The notes below the pieces were generated by a model. That model was not told the DNA's origin. It saw only the letters and a program-made list of their open reading frames with translations, and made no database searches. Positions 9,331-15,271 of a DNA stretch of 25,578 nucleotides are shown here, one piece after another. The DNA is from a virus (taxonomy: Duplodnaviria > Caudoviricetes), in the IMG/VR virus record IMGVR_UViG_3300040985_002734, positions 1 to 25,578 of that record; one strand, written 5' to 3'. Position 1 is the first letter of the stretch; every line of letters starts with the position of its first letter. A program made the translations under genes and the position numbers.

Positions 9331-10253
9331 TGATTAAAATCATGCTTCCAGTAATCTGTATAACAAAAAATCTTATTGAGCCCTGCGGGGGTATCACCAA
9401 TGCAAGTTTATTATGTGTTGTACAGTTCCTTTACAAGTCAAAAAAATGTATATTTAGGGAAAATCCTGATGAAAGACGTACTGCGTTGCATCTTTCTTTG
9501 GGGCAGTTGGCGGAATTTTTCTGTGTTTCCACTAAAACAATATCCCGATCATTAAGGCATCTATCAGATTTAGGGCTAATTACATTAAAAATTCAGTCTG
9601 GCCAAAAATATTCCATAGATGCACAGCTTGCTAACATAGAGAAAGTCATGACTTCACAAATGCTTGATATAGATTATACAAAAATGACCCCGGACATTTT
9701 GTCCGGGGTACCGCAGACATTTTGTCCGGGGTCAGGCTTCTATACATATAATATTATATATAAGATATATTATAATATGTGTTTTGAAGCGTACATAAAT
9801 GACCCAACCAAGGTTACCTACCGCGATTATTGGACTCTCTATCACAAACTCGTAGGTTCAGACACACGCTGCTCTTCCGGCAGCAAGCTTAAAGCTAAGT
9901 TTAATGCGATTGCATTTAGCGATCCGCAAATGCTGAGAGATGCGCTAATCCTGGAATTTCAGCTAAAGTTTCATGCACGAGACACCACTTTCGAAGTTCG
10001 AAGCAGATCATTTGCTACATATTTGAATCATGTCAAAAATATGGATGAAGAAGATTTGATCGATTCATCCATCAATGACCAGCTCTCAGAACCGTTCACA
10101 ACTAGGCGGCCAGACTTCTGGCTCAATTCCAATATTCCAACAAACATTAAGGAGGCAATAAATGGAGCAAAACAAAAACCCCAGGAAAGTTTTGAAGACC
10201 AACTCAAACGAACAGCTAGAGCGGTGTTCTACGAAGATTCTGAGCCGGTTTAA
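9330..10253 (+). CDS. Replication initiator protein (lambda O-like, N-terminal winged HTH)
   Basis: LSLGQLAEFFCVSTKTISRSLRHLSDLGLI wHTH, internal iterons plus AT-rich tract, C-terminal RSFATYLN, followed by a P-like gene. Confidence 0.75.
   Translation: MIKIMLPVICITKNLIEPCGGITNASLLCVVQFLYKSKKCIFRENPDERRTALHLSLGQLAEFFCVSTKTISRSLRHLSDLGLITLKIQSGQKYSIDAQLANIEKVMTSQMLDIDYTKMTPDILSGVPQTFCPGSGFYTYNIIYKIYYNMCFEAYINDPTKVTYRDYWTLYHKLVGSDTRCSSGSKLKAKFNAIAFSDPQMLRDALILEFQLKFHARDTTFEVRSRSFATYLNHVKNMDEEDLIDSSINDQLSEPFTTRRPDFWLNSNIPTNIKEAINGAKQKPQESFEDQLKRTARAVFYEDSEPV
9685..9780. repeat. Putative replication origin: iterons plus AT-rich unwinding element
   Basis: 17-bp direct repeat GACATTTTGTCCGGGGT at 9693-9709 and 9716-9732. 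Palindrome ACCCCGGACA-TTT-TGTCCGGGGT at 9687-9709. Nearly pure A/T tract at about 9741-9780. Confidence 0.8.
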
Positions 10254-10584
10254 ATGCCACTGGGGCGCAAAATTTAAGTGTGAGGCCGACAATCAGAAAC
10301 ACTGGTACAAAATTTTAATAAAAATTGGGGACACAAAAGTCATCAATCATGTGGGTGATCATTTTTTAATCACAAGTGAAGAGTGGCCGCCGACTCCAGC
10401 TAGTTTTATGTCTAAAGCCCAGAGTATAATTAAATCAAAAGGATGCTGGGAGCCCCATCAACAAACCGAATACGAGCGCGAATACGCGATTATGATGTTT
10501 GAGAAGCAGCTGAGTGATTCCCAGCTGCAAGAGTATCGGGAAAATATGCGCAAAGTGCGCAATAAATCATCCGAATGTGGGTAG
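10162..10584 (+). CDS. Lambda P-like replication protein (helicase loader)
   Basis: RFKCHWGAKF..W..EWPPTPASF pattern resembles the P-like family. SD GGAGG at 10151-10155. Follows the O-like gene. Confidence 0.6.
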   Translation: MEQNKNPRKVLKTNSNEQLERCSTKILSRFKCHWGAKFKCEADNQKHWYKILIKIGDTKVINHVGDHFLITSEEWPPTPASFMSKAQSIIKSKGCWEPHQQTEYEREYAIMMFEKQLSDSQLQEYRENMRKVRNKSSECG

Positions 10585-10737
10585 GTCGGTTGCACCTGCC
10601 GGGATAGAGCAATGCTGCAAAGGTGCTGGGGTCCTTGCAGTTGCGGCTGGAATGGTACAAATTAGCATAGCCATAATAATACAGACTAAAAAATGGGAGT
10701 AAATTGTCATCCCCCTATGGTGAAAAATTCTAAACAT
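10567..10737 (-). CDS. Small membrane/secreted protein (56 aa)
   Basis: SD AAGGAG before ATG 10737 (preferred to track start 10806). Hydrophobic FLVCIIMAMLICTIPAATA, signal-peptide-like. Confidence 0.45.
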   Translation of the reverse strand: MFRIFHHRGMTIYSHFLVCIIMAMLICTIPAATARTPAPLQHCSIPAGATDLPTFG

Positions 10738-10849
10738 GTGTCGTCTCCTTAGTTCTACGTAGAACATTCGGCAACAGCCAACCAACCAAATGTATCCCCT
10801 CGTCATAAAAATTGGCTACATCTTCTTCTGACAAATCATAATAAGTCAT
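10730..10849 (-). CDS. Small hypothetical protein (39 aa, MTYYDLSEEDVANFYDEGIHLVGWLLPNVLRRTKETTHV), not in the ORF track
   Basis: ATGA overlap with the upstream stop, SD GGAG. Fills the gap exactly. Confidence 0.55.
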   Translation of the reverse strand: MTYYDLSEEDVANFYDEGIHLVGWLLPNVLRRTKETTHV

Positions 10850-11100
10850 AATTTTTTGTCCTCCATTTTGGGCTCAAAACGTACTATAGTATTGGTGAGT
10901 ACATTATATTTGTAGTTCATCACCTCAATGCCGTTTATTTTTAAACCAAAATAATCAGCCCCTGCTTCTTTGAATAACAAATAGCTATTGAATGTTGATT
11001 TAAGAAAACTTTCTTCATCAAATATATCTTGTTCACTATCTGCGCTGCCTAATAGAGCACCTCTTTTGTGGTATGCAAATACCTCGAACCTAAAAATCAT
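10846..11100 (-). CDS. Hypothetical protein (84 aa)
   Basis: ORF with SD AGGGGT in the leftward small-gene array. Confidence 0.65.
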   Translation of the reverse strand: MIFRFEVFAYHKRGALLGSADSEQDIFDEESFLKSTFNSYLLFKEAGADYFGLKINGIEVMNYKYNVLTNTIVRFEPKMEDKKL

Positions 11101-11126
11101 TGTATTACCCCTATGTAATGCTTTAG

Positions 11127-11354
11127 TTAAATCTTGATCGAAAAATAGTGTGGCTGGCCCTCCTTATCCTTAAAAGTTAGGATTTTTCTATTTCCTATTA
11201 ACCTTGTTTCAATATGAGTATAATTTGCAGCACAGTGCGGGCCATCTGTACAAGTCATAAGCCCTCTATCTATTAACTCGTTTTTAGCATCTACAATCGC
11301 GACCTGTTGCTTGATCATCTCGCTGCTAAAATTGTTCCAGTTTACTTTGTTCAT
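11127..11354 (-). CDS. Hypothetical protein (75 aa)
   Basis: ORF with SD GAGGAG in the leftward array. Confidence 0.7.
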   Translation of the reverse strand: MNKVNWNNFSSEMIKQQVAIVDAKNELIDRGLMTCTDGPHCAANYTHIETRLIGNRKILTFKDKEGQPHYFSIKI

Positions 11355-11384
11355 TTTTTTCTCCTCTATTTAATTTAATCCCTG

Positions 11385-11645
11385 TTATAGCCCTTTGAGT
11401 ATTCTAAGACCTCTTTTTTTACGAACAATGTTAATAAACAAAAGAAAGTTTTCTTTTGAGTCTTTTGCGATAAATAAATTGAAGGCCCTAACAATTTTTA
11501 AAGGTGCATACATGCCAACGTCAAAACCATAACTTATGAGTTTGAAAAGACTTTCACGCGTCGGGTCGTCCAGGTATTTCCTGCCAGTAATAATAATTGA
11601 GTCATACAGCCAATTTAGTTGAAATTTCTTTTCTGATCTAGTCAT
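11385..11645 (-). CDS. Hypothetical protein (86 aa)
   Basis: ORF with SD AGGGGA in the leftward array. Confidence 0.65.
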   Translation of the reverse strand: MTRSEKKFQLNWLYDSIIITGRKYLDDPTRESLFKLISYGFDVGMYAPLKIVRAFNLFIAKDSKENFLLFINIVRKKRGLRILKGL

Positions 11646-11659
11646 TGTTTAATCCCCTG

Positions 11660-12133
11660 TTAGTCTAGTTTAGAGGTAAGTACGCATTCCTGTAGAGTTT
11701 TATCATGTTTGCTCATTTTCTTGCTCCTTGGTTTAGTATAAATTGTCTCTCCCAGCACCTCATCAATAATTTTATCATGTAATTGAGTGTCCCCATCAAC
11801 ATCCAGCCCCGCAATCAGAAAGTCAGCATGTACTTCACGGCGTATGGCTCTTGTGCTCCCCTTGCAGCTTCGCAACGAATGCCTGTACTTGTGATTCCAA
11901 AACCAACCATGCCCAGAATATCTAAAAGTGCCAGTCCAGTAGTTGTCATCCATGTACATATCCAGGTACCACAGAATCTCATTATACCTTTCCATGGCAA
12001 AAAACTCTTTCTCGGGTATCCTTTCCAGCGTACTGCTGCATTCTAGAATTAAGCTATCTATGGCATCTGCAGGGTAATCAGACCATGCGTGTAGTTCTGC
12101 TACAAAAGCTGGTGTAATTTTGTTAGATTTAAT
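11660..12133 (-). CDS. Hypothetical protein (about 157 aa if started at ATT 12133; 111 aa from ATG 11995)
   Basis: The frame stays open 46 codons upstream of ATG 11995, up to an ATT 7 nt after AAGGAG that overlaps the upstream stop. Confidence 0.55.
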   Translation of the reverse strand: MKSNKITPAFVAELHAWSDYPADAIDSLILECSSTLERIPEKEFFAMERYNEILWYLDMYMDDNYWTGTFRYSGHGWFWNHKYRHSLRSCKGSTRAIRREVHADFLIAGLDVDGDTQLHDKIIDEVLGETIYTKPRSKKMSKHDKTLQECVLTSKLD

Positions 12134-12423
12134 CTTCTTGCTCCTTAGTTGTTGCTGCTTCTGCTCTCTTTTTTGCTGAATCTATTGCACCCTTTACATG
12201 ATGGGTCATCGCTTCTATTTCAATTTTTAAATCGAGCCACTTGTCTTCCATTTTTCTTTCATACCCTTCATATTCATAAAATGTGTTCCTTCCATGCCTC
12301 AAGTCCATGATCATTGATCTCAAGTCACCCAACCTAACATCGACGCGGCCTTCTAACATGCACCCATACTTAAAATCATATTGGCTTATTTCTTTATCGA
12401 TCATTTTCTTGCTCCTTGGTTTA
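11713..12423 (-). repeat. Start-associated direct repeat: 23 bp exact at 11713-11735 and 12401-12423, variant at 12132-12150
   Basis: Minus strand TAAACCAAGGAGCAAGAAAATGA (SD plus ATG) twice. The third copy AACTAAGGAGCAAGAAGAT matches 17/19. Confidence 0.9.
12129..12404 (-). CDS. Hypothetical protein (91 aa)
   Basis: ORF beginning inside the 23-bp SD+ATG repeat. Confidence 0.7.
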   Translation of the reverse strand: MIDKEISQYDFKYGCMLEGRVDVRLGDLRSMIMDLRHGRNTFYEYEGYERKMEDKWLDLKIEIEAMTHHVKGAIDSAKKRAEAATTKEQED

Positions 12424-12424
12424 A

Positions 12425-12694
12425 TTAGTTAGTGGGCCAATGCCAACATCTTGGCTCGTGTGAGTGGCGTGTAAATGTATAACCTAAATCCTTTGCCAGC
12501 TTCTTAACCCGCAAATTTCTGTGCGCATTAAATGCCTCTCGCCCCATAGCCTCTGCGAGATGAGATTTTTGCTTGGTATCTAAATCATTTACAATTTCTT
12601 GAAGAGTATAAAATTCACACTCCTTTGAAACATCATCCGTGGCGTCTAGAGCCCTTTGCATCTGCACGATGGCATTTTCCGTATAGTAGTTCAC
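12425..12694 (-). CDS. Hypothetical protein (89 aa)
   Basis: GTG start with SD GGGAGG. GTGA overlap with the upstream small ORF. Confidence 0.7.
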   Translation of the reverse strand: MNYYTENAIVQMQRALDATDDVSKECEFYTLQEIVNDLDTKQKSHLAEAMGREAFNAHRNLRVKKLAKDLGYTFTRHSHEPRCWHWPTN

Positions 12695-12804
12695 AGCACA
12701 ACCTCCCTTTTTTTGTTAATTGCATCCATCAGTTGTTCATAGCTGATCATATGCAAATGAAATGCCAAAAACAAACCCTTAATCGTCAAGTATTTTATTT
12801 CCAT
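12691..12804 (-). CDS. Small hypothetical protein (37 aa, MEIKYLTIKGLFLAFHLHMISYEQLMDAINKKREVVL), not in the ORF track
   Basis: Strong SD GAGGAGG, directly after a near-consensus promoter, coupled to the next gene. Confidence 0.65.
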   Translation of the reverse strand: MEIKYLTIKGLFLAFHLHMISYEQLMDAINKKREVVL

Positions 12805-12834
12805 TTGAACCTCCTCTTATCTAAGTTCAAGGTC

Positions 12835-12863
12835 AGTATAGACTATACGAGTCTATCTGTAAA
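12835..12863 (-). promoter_or_regulatory. Sigma70 promoter of the leftward small-gene array, with an operator-like palindrome
   Basis: TTTACA (12863-12858), 17 bp, TATACT (12840-12835). Inverted repeat ATAGACT-N5-AGTCTAT at 12838-12856. Confidence 0.7.
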
Positions 12864-12899
12864 GCCAAATTATCAAATTATATTATATAATGTCTAAAG

Positions 12900-12933
12900 T
12901 GTACATTTTGCCCAAATAATGTATAATGCTAAG
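12900..12933 (+). promoter_or_regulatory. Putative rightward (late operon) promoter
   Basis: Perfect TATAAT at 12922-12927, weak -35 TGTACA at 12900-12905 (16-bp spacer). Inverted repeat TACATT 12902-12907 / AATGTA 12918-12923. Confidence 0.45.
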
Positions 12934-13275
12934 ATGAAGCTAAGAGAATCTGACATACAGAAAACACTTTGTACATATCTTGACCTTTTGAAGGTTAATT
13001 ATTTTGCAGTGTGCAATGAGCGGCAAACCACTCTTGCTCGAGGTTTCAGATTTAAGCAGATGGGTGTGACAGCGGGTGTTAGTGACCTAGTTATCTATAG
13101 CCCAGGAGCGAGCCATGCAGTGCTTTTCCTCGAACTAAAGACGGTCAGGGGCAGGGCGACAATACAGCAACGACAATTTGAGGCTATGGTCATAGCTAAT
13201 CCTCAGCTCGTATACTGTATAGCGTACGGACTGGAGGATGCAAAGAACTGCGTCCACAAATATTTAGGAACCTGA
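12934..13275 (+). CDS. VRR-NUC domain nuclease (putative Holliday junction resolvase)
   Basis: ESDIQ..FAVCNE..KQMGVTAGVSDL..LFLELKT..GR...QQ motif. Start 12934, or 12919. Confidence 0.88.
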   Translation: MKLRESDIQKTLCTYLDLLKVNYFAVCNERQTTLARGFRFKQMGVTAGVSDLVIYSPGASHAVLFLELKTVRGRATIQQRQFEAMVIANPQLVYCIAYGLEDAKNCVHKYLGT

Positions 13276-13276
13276 A

Positions 13277-13879
13277 ATGGATTTTCTTGACAAAATTCCA
13301 CCCGAAATCCGGGACAATATAGTTTCTTACTGCAAGGAATGGCGCGCTGCGCAGCCTATCCCAGAAATAAATGCTAGGCGTGGTAAGCCTCATCTTTTCA
13401 TTGAGGATTTTCCTGGAGGAATTGAGAAATTGCTATGCTTGGCTGTATTAGGCTACTCATTAGTGGAAATAGCCGCTAGCTTTGGAGTTTCGCTGCCTAC
13501 GCTGCGCAAATGGAGAAAGCAAAAGCAATATTTTGGCATTTTCCAGTTGTGCCACACATATATTGGGGCAAAGTTTGACCAAATAGGCCGTAACCAGCTA
13601 CAAAATCCCGACAGAGCCTTCTCTGACCGGCTTTACAACCAAATTTACGCATTACGGCAGCGGGCCGCCAATGCAGTATATAGCGATGAAATTGACCCCA
13701 ATTGCCCAGAAGCACTAGCTAAAGGCATGATGGCCAAATATTTAAACGGTGATTGCTCCGCAGAGGAGCTTCAGCAGCAGCTATCGGCACTATCAGCATA
13801 CGGCGGTTTAACTGCCTTCAAAGAGCTAAAAGAACGCCTAAACACATTAGAAACAGCTCTAGAGGAATCCGAACTATGA
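13277..13879 (+). CDS. terS: Probable terminase small subunit (HTH)
   Basis: RGKP..LGYSLVEIAASFGVSLPTLRKW HTH, C-terminal helical ELKERLNTLE. At the head of the late operon after VRR-NUC. Confidence 0.65.
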   Translation: MDFLDKIPPEIRDNIVSYCKEWRAAQPIPEINARRGKPHLFIEDFPGGIEKLLCLAVLGYSLVEIAASFGVSLPTLRKWRKQKQYFGIFQLCHTYIGAKFDQIGRNQLQNPDRAFSDRLYNQIYALRQRAANAVYSDEIDPNCPEALAKGMMAKYLNGDCSAEELQQQLSALSAYGGLTAFKELKERLNTLETALEESEL

Positions 13880-14310
13880 ATCTGGATAAACTTAGAAAAA
13901 AACCCGGCATGTCGAATGCAGGAAAATATAACAAGGACTTGGTGTTCGCTGGGCCTCATGGTACCTACCCGCTGGGCTACAAGCCTGGCCAAATATCATT
14001 AAAGCGCGCTAAAGCAGCAAATGCCTTTGCACACCATGCTGGGGCGCAAGCGAATTCAATTAAACGCAAAATTGGAAACACACTAATCAAACAAGGGAAT
14101 TCGAACATGAAAAAATTCGGTGCACAGATTTTAGACAAGATACTCAAGAAAAAAAAGAAAAAACCAACTTATGGTGGCAACAAAGGTGATGAGCGCAGAA
14201 GCGCCAAACGTGATTATGCCAACTTTAAAGATACTGATGCTGGTTATAAGTCTAAAGCTTATGGTGGAGCGCATGGCAATATAAGGCGCTCAGCGAAGAA
14301 AGACTATTGA
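13876..14310 (+). CDS. Highly basic protein (144 aa) with a duplicated C-terminal motif
   Basis: ATGA coupling at 13876 (preferred to track start 13753). K/R-rich. YGGNKGDERRSAKRDY (14170-14217) and YGGAHGNIRRSAKKDY (14260-14307). Confidence 0.7.
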   Translation: MNLDKLRKKPGMSNAGKYNKDLVFAGPHGTYPLGYKPGQISLKRAKAANAFAHHAGAQANSIKRKIGNTLIKQGNSNMKKFGAQILDKILKKKKKKPTYGGNKGDERRSAKRDYANFKDTDAGYKSKAYGGAHGNIRRSAKKDY

Positions 14311-14468
14311 TTAGACAGATTAAAACTAAAGTTGAAAAGCTTGAGGCATCACATAATAAACGCGAATCTACTGCTACATTTGTGATGGGATCAAAGCTTG
14401 ATTTGCAGCTTTTAATCGAAAGCAAAATTGTAAAAAAGACTTATTTTTTGGTGGTACCAGATGCATGA
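14307..14468 (+). CDS. Small hypothetical protein (53 aa, MIRQIKTKVEKLEASHNK...), not in the ORF track
   Basis: TTGA overlap with the upstream stop and 8-nt overlap with the next start. Fills the gap exactly. SD weak. Confidence 0.45.
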   Translation: MIRQIKTKVEKLEASHNKRESTATFVMGSKLDLQLLIESKIVKKTYFLVVPDA

Positions 14469-14865
14469 TGCTTTTAAACACAGCCTAGTCATATTTTGTG
14501 ACTCCGATAACAATTTTGTAAAAAACATGTGCAAAAGCGGTTTTAGCCACGTGTCGCTGTACTTCAAAACTTCTGAGACATGGTGGCTGTCAATAAACCC
14601 TACATTTACTGGTTGCGAGTTCTACTTTTTGGAGACAAAACAACTAAATGACTTTATGAAATCTAAATCTTCATCAATTAGTGTGCTATCGAGCAACTCA
14701 TTTGTGCATAATAAATGCACTAAAACGCCCGCTGTGATTGGACCAAGGACCTGCGCAGGCCTTGTGTCATATCTTCTAGGGCTGAAGTCGCTTCATATAT
14801 GGCCTTATGGGCTCTATAGAAAGCTTTTGAGTACGGATGATTGGAGGAAAATAGATGGTTTATAG
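14461..14865 (+). CDS. Pre-portal protein with a permuted papain-like (NlpC/P60) His...Cys signature
   Basis: GFSHV near the N-terminus and TCAGLVSYLLG..IWPYGLYRKL near the C-terminus. His-before-Cys order is that of permuted NlpC/P60 enzymes. Confidence 0.55.
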   Translation: MHDAFKHSLVIFCDSDNNFVKNMCKSGFSHVSLYFKTSETWWLSINPTFTGCEFYFLETKQLNDFMKSKSSSISVLSSNSFVHNKCTKTPAVIGPRTCAGLVSYLLGLKSLHIWPYGLYRKLLSTDDWRKIDGL

Positions 14866-14998
14866 TAAATTATTATTCATAACATTGATTTTAGTTTTAA
14901 TTTCAGGGTGTAGCGATCCGCGCATAACGGTGAGTCCGACAGCGAAAGCTGCATTGCACCAACATATTTTGAATCATTTAACGCCAAATTATTTTTAG
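14855..14998 (+). CDS. Small lipoprotein (47 aa), not in the ORF track
   Basis: SD GGAGG at 14843-14847. MVYSKLLFITLILVLISG-C: basic residue, hydrophobic core, lipobox ISGC. Confidence 0.7.
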   Translation: MVYSKLLFITLILVLISGCSDPRITVSPTAKAALHQHILNHLTPNYF

Positions 14999-15007
14999 GA
15001 GAAAATT

Positions 15008-15262
15008 ATGGGATCAGCATCAAACGCAATTAAGGATATTACAGGAACTCCGCAACAGGATATGACTAAGGGAAAATACATTACATCAAGCAGTAACAAC
15101 CCAAACGCCGCGTTAGACGCAGCGGAAGAAGCACAGATGGTTAAGCAAGAGAAAGAAGCTGATAGAGCAAAAGCATTATCTGACGCTCAAACTAAGCAAG
15201 CGAATATAGACAACATGAATTCAATTCGAGCGAGCCTTAGTATAAACAAAACGTTGGGATAG
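15008..15262 (+). CDS. Small pre-portal virion-associated protein (84 aa)
   Basis: SD AGGAG. MG start, A/Q/E/K-rich helix ending KTLG. Position matches T7 gp7.3-like small proteins. Confidence 0.6.
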   Translation: MGSASNAIKDITGTPQQDMTKGKYITSSSNNPNAALDAAEEAQMVKQEKEADRAKALSDAQTKQANIDNMNSIRASLSINKTLG

Positions 15263-15271
15263 GAAATTTAC

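Noticed and set aside
10580-10600. Bidirectional terminator at the P / small-gene convergence (GGTAGGT...ACCTGCC)
   Set aside because: Only a 7-bp stem with a G-U pair, no U-tract on either strand, and it lies within coding sequence.
11374-12423. CRISPR array or integron attC cassettes
   Set aside because: Repeats are few, hundreds of bp apart, contain SD/start codons and are not palindromic. No cas or integron integrase gene.
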